Positions 20,533-32,573 of a DNA stretch of 64,000 nucleotides are shown here, one piece after another. The stretch comes from an uncultured Planctomycetaceae bacterium. GTDB taxonomy: Bacteria; Planctomycetota; Planctomycetia; Pirellulales; PALSA-1355. The notes beneath the pieces are model-generated. The model saw only the letters and a list, made by a program, of their open reading frames with translations. It had not been told where the DNA came from and did not search any database. Where the stretch lies: assembly GCA_963785305.1 (NCBI GenBank), contig CAWAUV010000007.1, positions 32,001-96,000 of the forward strand. Direction: 5' to 3'. A program made the position numbers and the translations under genes. Each line of letters starts with the position of its first letter. The stretch's first letter is position 1.

Positions 20533-21331
20533 ATGAGTCTCAGCGAGCTTGCGGATCGGTTGGATGTGGCATTGGCGAGCGCCCGCCGGGCAGGCGCTCA
20601 CCCTCGAATACTTCAACCAGGGTAACTACGCCGTCGAACAGAAGCACGACGCCACGCCGGTCACGATCGCCGACCGCCGGGCCGAGCAACTGCTTCGCGC
20701 CGAGCTGCTGGCCCGCTTTCCGGGCGACGGCGTGCTGGGCGAGGAGTTTCCCGAGCAGACCGGCACAAGCGGGTTTCGCTGGATCGTCGATCCGATCGAT
20801 GGCACCAAGTCATTCGTCACCGGCGTGCCATTATATGGAACCCTGATCGGCCTCGAACACAAAGGTCAGAGCGTGCTCGGCGTCATTCATCTGCCGGCCT
20901 TGTCGGAAACCGTTTGGGGTTCTCTGGGCCAAGGCGCCTGGCATGAGTGCGCGGGTCAATCGCCACGCCCCGCCAGGGTGTCGACGCGGAGCGAGCTAGC
21001 GCAAAGCGCTTTTTGCACCAGCGAGATCGCCACCTTCGCCAAACGGGGCAGCGCCGCGGCCTACGCCCGGCTCGAATCCGCGACTCGCATCGCCCGCACT
21101 TGGGGCGATTGCTATGGCTACGCGCTCGTGGCCACGGGACGGGCCGAAGTAATGGTCGATCCGATTATGAGCGTGTGGGATGCCGCCGCGCTGCAGCCGA
21201 TTCTCACCGCCGCCGGCGGCAAGTTCACCGACTGGCAAGGCCGCGAAACGATTCACGGCGGCGAGGGCGTCGCCACCAATGGTCTCGTGCATGCCCAAGT
21301 GCTCGCGTTGCTTCGCGGCGCTGGCGAATAG
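20533..21331 (+). CDS. hisN: Histidinol-phosphatase, inositol monophosphatase family (frameshift near 20595)
   Basis: TPVTIADRRAE, VLGEEF, WIVDPIDGTKSF, RTWGDCYGY, WDAAAL. Confidence 0.8.
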
Positions 21332-21333
21332 CG

Positions 21334-23094
21334 CTACTCCTTGATCGTGAATTCGAGCGACGACTGACCGATCTTCTGGCTCAGCGTGTCTTCGATCGTC
21401 AGTTGCAATGTGTAACGGCCCGAGTAGATGCGCTTGGGCAGCCACACATGATAGCGCATGAAGAAATCGCGGCGCTGATTCTGGCAATACTCCTCGGTCA
21501 CGTCGAACTCTTGCGAGTCGACCCGCGACCGCGCGGATCGAGCACTTGATAACTGCTGCGGAGCGCCGTGCGATAGCCCTTTTCGCCGCGCACGCTTTTG
21601 AAGTTGTCGACCTCGGCATAGAGCAGCACTTCCTGGCCGGCCTTGAATTCGAGCTTCTCAAACGGCTTATAAACACCGAAGCTGGTCACTTCGGTGCAAA
21701 ACGCCAAGCTCTTGACCGTGAGCGTGGCTTGCTCGCTAAGTCGGGCCGACGCCTCGCGCAACCGCTCGAGCGCTTCGGCGGCCCGGCGACTGGTTTCCGG
21801 ATTGCGCTCGGTGTCGAGATATGTCGCCAGTCCATAGACCTCCTGCGACCAGAAGTCTTGCTGGCTGGGGGAAATGCCGGCGATCGGCTTGAGCGCGTCG
21901 TCTTTGCGGGCCGCGAGCAGATACAGCATTCGCAGCGCCGCATGCCGGCCGACGTCGGCCTGCGATTCGGGCGGCTCGCGGTTGGCTTCTTCGAGGCGAT
22001 GGATGGCGGTCGTGAGCGTCGGGCGCCAATCGCGATCCTTGCCGGCCGCGTCGCCGCTCGGAGCATCGGATTCCGCCTCGGGCGAGTCGGCTTCGGCGAC
22101 GTCTTCCGCGCCGGTGTTTTGCTTGCCCGCCGCCGAGGATTTCGAAACGCGCGCGGCGGGCGTTCGAGCCGCTTTCCGAATCGGCCGGTTTTTCGTCGGA
22201 GTCGATCGCCACGACGCGCACATCGGAGTCGCTCTTGGCCGGATGCCCGTTGTGTTTCTTCTTGGCGAGCGCGCCGCCGCTTTGCCGCGCGGCGCCGGCG
22301 TCTCTGGCGAAGACTCCTCGCTCTCGGCGGCGGCGACTTCGGTCTTTGACGCGGCGGCGCTTGGGGCCGCGGGCTCATCGGCGGTTTGATCCGGCGCGTC
22401 CGCGGCGGCCGTGGCTTGCGATTCGGCGTCCGAGGCGGCCGAGGGCTTCGCTTTCGCGGCGACGGCGCTCCGCGGCGAGGGCGGGCGCTTGGGGGAAGTG
22501 TCGTCGTCGCCACGCGGCGCGGCTTCGGCCGCGGCGCGTTCGGCCATTTGCCTCGTGACCGAGCTCTTGAAATATTCGAGCAGCGAGGGCCACAAGCTCG
22601 GATCGGTCTGTTTCAGATCATCGACCAACCGACGTTGCGTGGCCGGGTCGAGCGCGCCGGCGGCTTGCAATTCGGCGATCACTTCGAGCAGCGCGGCCGG
22701 ATCGGGGCGATGCGAGGCGCGGGCGGGTGGCGGCGAATCTTTCGAGCCGGTCTCCGCCGCGTCGGTCGCCAGCGCTTGAGGCGGCCCTCCCGCGCCGGCG
22801 GCCGGGCCTATCGAGGTTCCGGCCGTGTTACTCGCCGCGCTATTGGAAGCGGGAGGCGCCGCCGCCGGACGAACCCACGGCGGGGGCGGCGACCGCATTC
22901 GTGGAAGCGCTGCTGTCGGAGGCTGGCGCCGCGAGGGTCGTCGCGGCGATTGTTCCCGCGCTGGCCGCGGCCGAGTGCGGTTGCTTGGCCGCGGCGCTCG
23001 TGTCGGCGGCGCGTTGTTTCGACATCGCCGCGCAACCCGCGGCGGCGGCGAGCCACGACAGCGACCACGCGGCGTTGTGAATCCATCGAGACAT
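21334..23094 (-). CDS. Putative lipoprotein with low-complexity N-terminal half and conserved beta-rich C-terminal domain (frameshifted)
   Basis: Lipobox-like LAAAAGC; C-terminal LAFCTEVTSFGVY..GQEVLLYAEVDNF..CQNQRRDFFMRY..YTLQLTIEDTLSQKIG. Confidence 0.65.
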
Positions 23095-23422
23095 GCGCGG
23101 AGCCGGCCGCATGTGCGGTCCGAACCGGAGTTTTCTCTAAAACACGCGGAAACGCGACGATGTTGCCGAAGTTCCCGGGCGACTCGCCCGATTCACGAAA
23201 GCAACGCAATGCCGGGAGCGAAATCGGTTCGCACATCCCTCGAGATAAGACATTTACCCCTGTCGAGCCGGTGATGGGAGGCCCGAACGGCGGCGGATCG
23301 TAGAAAACATGCGCGATTTTGGCAAGGCGGATCGAATCGCGATGCCTGCGCGCCTGCGCCATGCGCGTAGGCGGTGGCGCCCGGGGGATTGCCCATATTG
23401 CTGGCATGGCGCCGCGCGGCGA

Positions 23423-24259
23423 TTAGTCGTGGCCGCGCCAGAATGCCGCTTCTTCGCCATCGAGCCGCAGGGTCAGGCACTTGGCGCTGCCGCCGGCTTT
23501 GACGAACTCATCGAGCGGTGTTTCTCGCGGCGTGAAGCCGAGCTTCGCGAGGTCGGCGTGCAGCTTGGGGCAGCCGGTGTTCGTCACCACGGCGCGGCCC
23601 ACGACGACGGCGTTGCAAGCAAACCGCCGGCTCTCGTCCTCTTCGACCGGAATCAAGGTTTCGACCAATTCTTCGAGCACGCGATGCCCGTAAGCGTCGA
23701 ACGCCCCGGGAAAATAGATCGCGGCGCCGGGCGCCAGCGGGCAGAAGCATGTATCAAGGTGGTAGTAGTAAGGATCGACCAGTTCGAGCGGAATCACGCG
23801 TGTCTTGAGCATCGAGCCGATCTGCTGATGGCCCCGCGCGTCGCTGCGGAGCCGATAGCCGGCAATGAGCGTGTCGCCCAGGAAGAGCGCGTCGCCCGCT
23901 CCCTCGAAAAAATGCCCCTCGGGCAGATGCACGACATGAAAACCATGCGCCGCGAGCCATGTTTCGTCGTGGGGCTCTTCGCCCTGGCGCTCGAAATGCC
24001 GGAATCGGGCCAGCACCGCCACATCGCGAAAGATGAGGGCCGCATTGGCCGTGAACACCAAGTCGGGCAGGCCCGGCATCGGCGGAAGGAGCGAGCACTC
24101 GACGCCGGCTTCTTCCAAGGTGAGCTTCAAATTTTGCCACTGCCGCGCGGCGAGCGCGTGATCGGCCGGTCGATCGCGGCTCATCCAAGCATTGATTTCG
24201 TATTCGATGCCGTAGTAGTCGGGCGGGCACATCAAAATATGCGGCTGCGGAACCGGCAT
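23423..24259 (-). CDS. Amidinotransferase-fold protein, arginine dihydrolase-like (ArgZ/AgrE N-terminal domain)
   Basis: ILMCPPDYYGIEYEINAWM, PDLVFTANAA, FEGAGD, YYHLDTCFCPL, EFVKAGGSAKCLTL. Confidence 0.85.
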   Translation of the reverse strand: MPVPQPHILMCPPDYYGIEYEINAWMSRDRPADHALAARQWQNLKLTLEEAGVECSLLPPMPGLPDLVFTANAALIFRDVAVLARFRHFERQGEEPHDETWLAAHGFHVVHLPEGHFFEGAGDALFLGDTLIAGYRLRSDARGHQQIGSMLKTRVIPLELVDPYYYHLDTCFCPLAPGAAIYFPGAFDAYGHRVLEELVETLIPVEEDESRRFACNAVVVGRAVVTNTGCPKLHADLAKLGFTPRETPLDEFVKAGGSAKCLTLRLDGEEAAFWRGHD

Positions 24260-24330
24260 GCGCTAGTCCTTGACTCTCGTTCGCGGGCAAACATCCTCGG
24301 TCGACCGAAGCGGGGGGCTTCGTTGAAATT

Positions 24331-25601
24331 CTACTGCTGGGCCGCGGCTTCGAGCGAGTCGAGGTCCTGGGCCAGCGATCGCAGAAACGGCTCGGCGTCG
24401 GTCACGAGGCCCACGGTCTGAAACGAGCCGCGGTCGGCCAACTTGATCACCGTCGACGGATTGATATCGACACACACCACCTTGACCCAGGCCGGCAAGA
24501 GATTGCCCACCGCGATCGAATGCAGCGTGGTGGCGACCATGAGGCAAAACGACACCCCGCGAATCTTTTCGCGCATCGCGTTTTGCGCGGCAAGCGAATC
24601 CGTGATTACTTCGGGCAGCGGACCATCGTCGCGAATGCTGCCGGCAAGCAGAAAATCGACATTGTGCTTGACGCACTCATACATGATGCCGCTTTTCAGC
24701 ACGCCTTGCTCCACCGCCCGGCGAATACCGCCCGAGCGACGGATGCGGTTGATGGCCCGCAGATGGTGCTCGTGGCCAGCCTCGACCGGATCGCCCTGAT
24801 CCATATGCACACCGAGGCTGGTGCCGAACAGGGCTTGCTCGATATCGTGCGTGGCCAAGGCGTTGCCGGCGAAAAGCAGATTGATGTATCCCTCGCGAAT
24901 CAATTTGCTCAGGTGCGGCGCGCTGCCGGTATGCACGATCGCGGGACCGCCGACGAGCAGAGTCTTTCCGCCGGCGGCGCGAGTTTGATACAGCAGCTTG
25001 GCGACTTGCCGAATCGCCACGCCCTTGGGCTTTTCGGTCGAGACCGGACTGTTCATGAATTCGAAGGTCTGCCGATCGGTGGAGCGTTCATGGGGAAACA
25101 CGCGCACCCCGGCATGGCCCACGACCCAGCGCTGACCGGTTCGTGCCTCGGTCATCGGTAAGCATCGCGCCGTGCGCTCGGTTTCATCGACCACGACGCC
25201 GCAGTCCATTTCCTGATCGGCCACTTCGATCCATTTGCCGGCCAGGCGAATTTCGGTGCGCTGATTCGTGGAGCTATAAAAACCTTCGGGAAAGGCGCCA
25301 TCCATGTCGCCGGTCACCAGCAGGCAGTCTTGCAAGGCGGTGGGCACGGCGCCGTGGTCGGCGATCTGGGCCAGAATCTCGCCGAGACGCGCGGCGTCGC
25401 CGGCGCCACTTCCAGGAGGGCAAAGCTCGGATCGTGGCGCCCCTGGCCGATCGTGATTTGCTTGATGCGAAACGAGCCCCCGGCCGCGGTGATCAGATCG
25501 AGAACCTTGGGCAGGATCAGGCTATCGATAATGTGCCCGGCGATTTGCACTTCTTCGACATGTTCGCCGTCGGGTCGTCGAGCCGAGGAATCGTGGGACA
25601 T
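24331..25601 (-). CDS. TIGR00300-family protein (LOR/SDH-like + ornithine cyclodeaminase-type region of ArgZ/AgrE), frameshift near 25385
   Basis: [72 protein letters not shown]. Confidence 0.85.
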
Positions 25602-25706
25602 GGCGCCGTCCGTGGTTTGCCGCGATGCGGTCGGGAGGATTCGGTTTTGGAACTCTCCCCTATTGTAGAGCGTCGAACCAATTTCGACCAACGGGCGAGC
25701 GCGACC

Positions 25707-26743
25707 TTAGTTCGCCAGGCGGCGGCGGTCGGCGGCGACCATTTCGGATACCAGCGACGCGAAATCCGCCGTCGGACGCCAGCCGAGACGCTCCAGCGCC
25801 TTCGCGCATCGCCGCGGAGCATGTTCACGTCGAGCGGGCGAAAAAAACGCGGGTCGACCTCGACCAGCAATCGGCCCGTGCGGCGATCGACGCCGCGGGA
25901 ATCGATGCCCGTCCCGCGCCAAGCGATCTCGACGCCAATTTCGCGAAACGCCGCATCGACGAATTCCCGCACGGTGCGCAACTCGCCGGTCGCGAGCACA
26001 TAATCGTCGGGCTCGGTCTGCTGGAGCATGCGCCACATGCCCTCGACATAGTCGCGGGCATGTCCCCAGTCGCGGAGGGCATCGAGATTGCCGAGAAACA
26101 GTTTTTCTTGCTGCCCGGCTTCGATCGCGGCGACGGCCCTCGTGATCTTGCGCGTGACGAATGCCTCGCCGCGCGTGGGCCCCTCGTGATTGAATAAAAT
26201 GCCATTCGAGGCATGCACCCCATGGGCCTCGCGGTAGTGGACCGTGGTCCAATACGCATAGACCTTGGCGATTGCATAGGGGCTGCGCGGCTGGAAGGGC
26301 GTTTTCTCATGTTGGGGCCCTGGCGCCGAGCCAAACATCTCGGAGGTCGACGCCTGATAAAATCGCACGTCCTTGGCCATGCCCAGCCGCCGAACGGATT
26401 CCAGAACGCGCAACGGACCCAGCGCGTCGACGTTGGCCGTGTGCTCGGGCGCCTCGAAGCTGATCGCCACATCGCTCTGGGCGGCGAGATTGTAAATCTC
26501 GTGAGGCTGAATTTCATGCAGTAAGTTCACGATGCTGCCGCCATCGGTCATGTCGCCAGCATGCAGGTGAAGCCGGCCGGTCCAAGCCGGCACGTCGAGC
26601 AAATGCGTCAGCCGCGCGAGATTGATCCTCGAGCTGCGGCGCACCAGTCCATGGACGATGGTCCCCTTGGCTAGCAGGAGCTCCGCTAGCAAGGCGCCAT
26701 CTTGGCCGGTGATTCCGGTGATTAAAGCGACCTGCTCGGCCAT
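25707..26743 (-). CDS. gmd: GDP-mannose 4,6-dehydratase (frameshift near 25800)
   Basis: [55 protein letters not shown]. Confidence 0.92.
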
Positions 26744-26991
26744 GCGGCCCTTCTCCGCGACGCATGTCGCTTTCTCTGCTGAGCGCCGGCAACGCCAGGG
26801 AAACATTCCCTGCGGCGACGCGTTTGCCTCAGGGGGGCGGCGCCGGACTTGGCGCTCCGAGCCGCCACCCGCGAACAGGAGTATATCGACGATTTCGAGG
26901 CGCCCGCAACGGTCGACGCCCTCTGGCGGCGAGCTCAATCGGGAAGTGTCGGCGAAAACGACCGCGAACTTGAGCCGTTTTTTCATCTCAA

Positions 26992-27021
26992 TTGACATCG
27001 CCGCGAGATTTCGAGTACAAG
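26992..27021 (+). promoter_or_regulatory. Possible sigma-70-like promoter upstream of the flagellar operon
   Basis: TTGACA (26992-26997) and TACAAG 18 bp downstream in an AT-rich divergent intergenic region; weak -10. Confidence 0.3.
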
Positions 27022-27199
27022 TTCGCCGCATTTTCAGAACGAGTCGACAAATTCTCCTCAAGAAACCGAGCCGCGCAACTCGGCAGCATTCAACTCTGGA
27101 AACCAAGTTCGCGAACCAAGCTTCCCGGTCGAGCAAGCCCGCGCCGGCGTCTGGCGTGGGCGGCGCCCGATTTTTCGATCCGATGTGACCAATCGCGAT

Positions 27200-29662
27200 A
27201 TGACCACACCCTCTCCCTCGGGCGGATCCGCCGACAAACTGCGGCGCTTGGCGCGGTCGCAAGCCGCGCCGCTCGCGCGCGCGGTCGGCGCTTGGCTGTC
27301 GGCCAGTCAGCGGAGAGCGGTCGGAATCGTGGTGGCGCTGCTCGTGGTGGTGTTGATCGCCATGACATTGTTTCTCGGGCATGCGCCAACGCGATCACCG
27401 AGGTCGAGGAGGTCGACGACAAAGTCACCTTCGCCATGGCCCACGAAGCGCTCGAACATGGCTATTTCGCCGAAGCCAAGGACTTGGCCTTGCAACTGCG
27501 AGCCCAGCCCGGAGGATCGCGCCGCGGCGAGACCGAGTTCGTCTTCGGGCGCGGTCGCCGAACATGCGGCCGGCGAACTGTTGGGCGAGGATCGCCGCGG
27601 CTATTTCGCGATCGCGGCGCACTATCTCGAAGCGGCGCGCAAGGCCGGCTTTCCGCCCGACTGCGAAACCGAGGGCCTGTTCCTGCTCGGCAAAAGCCAG
27701 TGCGAGGCCAAGGATATTGTCGAAGGACGGAAAACGCTCGAGGAATCGCTCGCGGCCGGCGACTTCCAAACCGCGGAAACCCAGTTGCTGCTTGCCAAAG
27801 CCTACGCCGAGCCGCCGGCCGACCTGCCCAAGGCGCTCGAACACATCGCGGCCTATGTCGCCACGCCCGAGCTGCCGACGACCGATCGTCACGACGGGCT
27901 GATGCTCGAGGCGCGGTATTACTGGGACCAGGGCGATCTCGAACATTGCCGCGCGGCGCTCGACCAAATTCCGCCGGAAACGATCGTCTCGCCCGATGCT
28001 TCCCTCTTGCGAGGCCGGCTGCTGATGAACAAAGCGCGGGCCCTGAAAACCGCCTGGAAGGCCGATCCCACCGAGAGCCGGCGCCTGGAGGTGATGGCCA
28101 AATACGACGAGGCAATGCAAGCGCTGCGCCGCGGCCAAGACGATCCGCTCCGCGTCGACACCTTGCGGCGGTCGATGTATCTGGTCGGCGTCGCTTATCT
28201 CGAAATGGAAGACTATCGCTCGGCGCTCGCCCAATTCGCCCGCACGCGCAAAGTCTATCTCGACACTCCCGAGGGCCTCGCCGCCGCGCTCGATGAAGCC
28301 GATCTCTTGCGAGAGCTCGACCAGCCCGACGAGGCGCTGGCCGCCTATCGCCGCGCACTCGGCGCCGTGCCCGAGGAAGGAGAGTTCGCAAGTCCCTGGA
28401 TCACGCGCGAAGGCTATCGGGCCCGCGTGCTCGAGGCCTACCGCGCGTTTGCCGACGCGGGTCATTTCGATCGGGCCGTGTCCTTGGCCGAGCGAATGAG
28501 TCCGCTGTTCACGCCCGCGCGCAGGCGCAAGTGCTCGCCGACACACACCGCATTTGGGCCATGAAAACCCTGCAAGGCGCCCCAGCGCTCAAGGAGCCGG
28601 CGGCGAGCGAAGCGGTACGGCACGGCGCGAGCTCTGGCGCATGGCGGGCAAGAATTACCGGCAGCTCGCCGAACTCGAATTCGCCACCCGTCAGTTTTCC
28701 GACGACCTGTGGCTCGCGGCCGAAGCCTTTCTGCAAGGCCACGACTTTCGCGCCGCCGCCGATGGCTTCGAGAAATACCTGCAACATGAACTGAAGAAGC
28801 GACGCCCGGGCGCGCTCGCCGGACTGGCCGAAGCGCGGCTGGCGCTCAACGATCTGGCGGGCACGCTGGCGGCGTGTCAGGAATGTATCGAATTCTATCC
28901 GAACGACGCCGCGTGTTATCGCGCCCGATTGCTGGCCGCCGAGGCAAACCTCGAGAAAGGCGACTTCACCACCGCCGAAGACCTGCTGCGGCAGAGTCTG
29001 ACCGACGACCGGCTCACGCCCGAAAGCCGCGAATGGCGCGACTCGCTGTTCACGCTCGGCAAGACTTTGTATGCCGATGGCCGCTACGAGGAAGCGATCC
29101 TGCGCTTGCAAGAAGCGATCGATCGCTACCCGAACACGCCGCAAGCGATCGAAGCGCGATACTTGGTCGCCCAGAGCTATTTGGCGGCGGCCAAGGCGCC
29201 GCAAGAGAAACTCGAAAAAGACACGATCGAATCGGCCCGCATCGCCCACCAGCGCCAGAAGCGGCAGTATCTGACCGGCGCGATCGCGAATTTCAGCGCC
29301 GTGCAAAATGTGCTCAACCAGCGTCAAGAGCAACACGAGCTCACGCCGTTGGAAAAAGCGATCTTGCGCAACTCGTATTTCGCGATGGGCGCGCGCAGTT
29401 CGATATCGGCCAATATGAAGACGCCCTGCAAACGTATTCCGCGGCCTCGAATCGCTATCAACACGATCCCGAGGTGCTCGAAGCCTTCGTGCAAATGGCC
29501 AATTGCCATCGGCGGCTCAATCGGCCGGTCGAAGCCCGCGGCGCCTTGCAACAGGCCAAGGTGGTGCTCGATCGATTGCCGGCCGACGCCCCATATAAGA
29601 ACGGCACCAACTACACCCGCCGCGAATGGGCCGAACTACTCGATTGGCTCAATGGACTTTAA
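27200..29662 (+). CDS. Large membrane-anchored TPR protein, first gene of the flagellar operon (several frameshifts)
   Basis: N-terminal TM ([17 protein letters not shown]); many TPR-like helices ([33 protein letters not shown]) over three frames. Confidence 0.75.
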
Positions 29663-29716
29663 ATCCCTCGACCACGTGACACGAGCCGAACTCCGGCCGC
29701 GAACGAACCAGAACGC

Positions 29717-30172
29717 ATGAACCACGAAACCGAACAACTCGCCGATCTCATGTCCCTGCGCCGCGCGCGCATGGCCGATCTCGTCTATTTATGCCAACGG
29801 CAACTCGAAATGATCGATACCGGCGACATGGCCCCGCTGTTCAAAGTGCTCTCGGCCAAACAGCGACTGCTCGGCGAGCTCCAGGCGCTCGAGCGGTCGC
29901 TCGATCCGTTTCGCGAGCAGCGACCCGAGGATCGTGTCTGGCAAAGCGATGCGCTGCGAGCGCAGTGCGCGCGCGATTGCGACGAATCGAACCGCGCGCT
30001 GGGTGAAGTCTTTCAACTCGAGCAACGGAGCAGCCAGCGGATGATCGAGCGGCGCGACGCCGCCGCGACCGGTCTCGCCGAACTGCGCGACCAACACGAA
30101 GCCTGCGGCGCCTACCTCGCGCCACCGGCCGACATTCCCTATCGTCAACTTGATCTGTCCAGTGACGCCTGA
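29717..30172 (+). CDS. FlgN-like flagellar export chaperone
   Basis: 151-aa helical protein (QLEMIDTGDMAPLFKVLSAKQRLL) in flagellar context. Confidence 0.55.
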   Translation: MNHETEQLADLMSLRRARMADLVYLCQRQLEMIDTGDMAPLFKVLSAKQRLLGELQALERSLDPFREQRPEDRVWQSDALRAQCARDCDESNRALGEVFQLEQRSSQRMIERRDAAATGLAELRDQHEACGAYLAPPADIPYRQLDLSSDA

Positions 30173-30184
30173 GGCGCGAAACCC

Positions 30185-31039
30185 ATGTCGAATCCCAACG
30201 ACTACCCCGACCCGATGTCGCTCGATGACACGTCCGATCTCGGCGCCGTGCTCGCCGCTTGGCAGGGCACCACGCTGCGGCTCGAACAAACCCATGCCGC
30301 GCTACGGGCCGAAGTATGCCGGCTGACCGACGAACTGGAAAACAAGAACCGCGAGTTGGCGAGGAAGAACCGCCTCGCCGATCTGGGCCAAATGGCCGCG
30401 CACATCGCCCACGAAGTACGCAACAATCTGGCCCCGGTGCGGCTCTACACCAGCTTGCTCCGTCGCCGCGCTTCCGACGACTCGGGCATGGTCGACATCG
30501 TGGATAAGGTCGAGTCGGGCCTCTTGGCGCTCGACGCCACGGTGCATGATCTGTTGAGTTTCACTTCGGATCGCGACCCGCAGGTCAATGTCGTGGCCCT
30601 CGCGACCCTGATCGACGATGTGCTCGGGAGCCTCGCGCCGCAGCTCGAAGCGCAAGACATTCACACGACCCTCGACATCGCTCCGCGGCTCACGACGCTT
30701 GGCGACTACGGCATGTTGCGCCGCGCGGTGCTCAACCTGGTGCTCAACGCGCTCGACGCCATGCCCCACGGCGGCGAGCTCGTGGTCACGGCCTGCGCGA
30801 GCCCAGGCTGCGTGGAACTGGAAATCGCCGATAGCGGGCCGGGCCTCGACGAACAAACCCGCCGCCGCGTGTTCGAGCCCTTTTTCTCGACCAAAAGCCA
30901 CGGCACCGGACTCGGGCTCGCGATCGTGCATCGCATTGCCGAGGTGCATGGCGGCGCGGCGCTCGCCGAAAACTGTCCCGAAGGCGGCGCCGCGTTCACG
31001 CTTCGATTTCCGCGCCGGGCACTGGAGCGAGCCGCATGA
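30185..31039 (+). CDS. Cytoplasmic sensor histidine kinase (FleS/FlgS-like position)
   Basis: H-box AAHIAHEVRNNL, N-box NLVLNALDAM, DSGPG, FEPFFSTK, GTGLGL. Confidence 0.9.
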   Translation: MSNPNDYPDPMSLDDTSDLGAVLAAWQGTTLRLEQTHAALRAEVCRLTDELENKNRELARKNRLADLGQMAAHIAHEVRNNLAPVRLYTSLLRRRASDDSGMVDIVDKVESGLLALDATVHDLLSFTSDRDPQVNVVALATLIDDVLGSLAPQLEAQDIHTTLDIAPRLTTLGDYGMLRRAVLNLVLNALDAMPHGGELVVTACASPGCVELEIADSGPGLDEQTRRRVFEPFFSTKSHGTGLGLAIVHRIAEVHGGAALAENCPEGGAAFTLRFPRRALERAA

Positions 31040-32523
31040 CACAATCGCCGAACCCCATTTCGAATTCATCGGCGGCCAACGCGGGCCGAGTGCTCGTGGT
31101 CGACGATCATCAGCAGGCTCGGGAGTCGATGGCTTTTATCCTTCGCCAAGCCGGGCATCAGGTCGAATGCCGTTCGAGCGGCTCGGAAGCGCTGCAGCAA
31201 CTCGAGCACGAAAGCTTCGATGTGGTGGTCACGGATCTCAATATGCCCGGCATGTCGGGCCTGGAACTCATGCGCCAGCTCGAGCGGCGGCGTCACGGGG
31301 CCCAGGTCGTCATGGTCACCGCTTTCGCCAGCGTGGCCACGGCGGTCGAAGCGATGCGGGCCGGCGCTTTCGACTATATCGAAAAACCGTTCACCGCCGA
31401 TCAACTCGAAAAACTATTGTCCCGGGCCATCGCTCACGGGCGCCGATTGGATCAGGGCCCGCGGCTGGGAGCGAGCGACGGCGCGGCGATGATCGGCTCG
31501 AGCCTCGCGATGCGGCGATTGCGAGCGCGAATCGCGCAAGTCGCCCCCACGGCGGAAACCATTTTGATCACCGGCGAAAGCGGCTCGGGCAAGGAGCTCG
31601 TGGCGCGGGCGGTGCATGCGGCAAGCCTCCGGCGCAATCAGCCGCTGGTGAGCTTGAACTGCCCGGTGCTCTCGGCCCAACTCATGGAGAGCGAGCTGTT
31701 CGGCCACGAACGCGGCGCTTTCACCGGCGCCGACACGGCCCGCTCCGGAAGATTCGAGCTTGCCCACGGCGGCACGATTCTGCTCGACGAAGTCACGGAA
31801 ATCGATCTAACGCTGCAAGCCAAACTACTACGCGTGCTGCAAGAGCGGGCTTTCGAGCGAGTCGGGTCATGCCGCACGATCACGGTCGATGTGCGCGTCA
31901 TGGCCACGACGAACCGCGATCTGGGCTCCTTTGCCGCGGCCGGGCATTTTCGCGAAGACTTGTACTATCGGCTGAATGTCGTGCCGCTGGTCGTGCCCCC
32001 GCTGCGCGATCGGCTCGACGATGTTCCCGAGCTCGTCGACTATTTTCTCGAACGCTGCGCCCAGCGACTGGGGCGCGATAAGTGCCTCCTGACGCCGGAG
32101 CGCACCAACTTTTGAACGAATATCACTGGCCCGGCAATGTCCGCGAACTGGAAAACATCGTGACGCGGGCCAGCGTTCTGGCGACCGGTTCGCCGGTGAC
32201 GGCCGACGAGTTGCGTCCCTGGCTGATCGCGCCGCGGCCCGCCAGTTTGGCGGCGCCGAGCTTTCCGGCAATGGCCCCAAGCGCGCACGGTTCGCCGTTC
32301 GCCAATGCGATATCCACCGCGCCCGCCGCTTCGGCCTCGGCGGCGCCCGTCGGCCTGAGCTTGGTCGACATGGAGCGCAAACTGATCGAGGCGACGCTCG
32401 AACAATTCGGCGGCCATCGGGCCAAGACCGCCGAAGCGCTGGGCATCGGCCTGCGAACGTTATCCGGAAAATTGAAAACCTATGGCTATGCTCCCCGCGC
32501 CAAACCGGCGGCACGTGGCTTGA
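31036..32523 (+). CDS. Sigma-54-dependent response regulator (REC-AAA+-HTH), frameshift near 32100; exact stop uncertain
   Basis: VLVVDD, TDLNMPG, GESGSGKE, ESELFGHERGAFTGA, WPGNVRELEN, Fis HTH TAEALGIGLRTL. Confidence 0.9.
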
Positions 32524-32573
32524 TCGTTCGGCCACCGGCCGACTCGCGACAACCAAGAAAGGAACCTGGTTCG

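Noticed and set aside
25517..27382. 621-aa extended Gmd
   Set aside because: The N-terminal extension is intergenic or antisense read-through; the recognisable protein starts at 26743 and the tail is frameshifted
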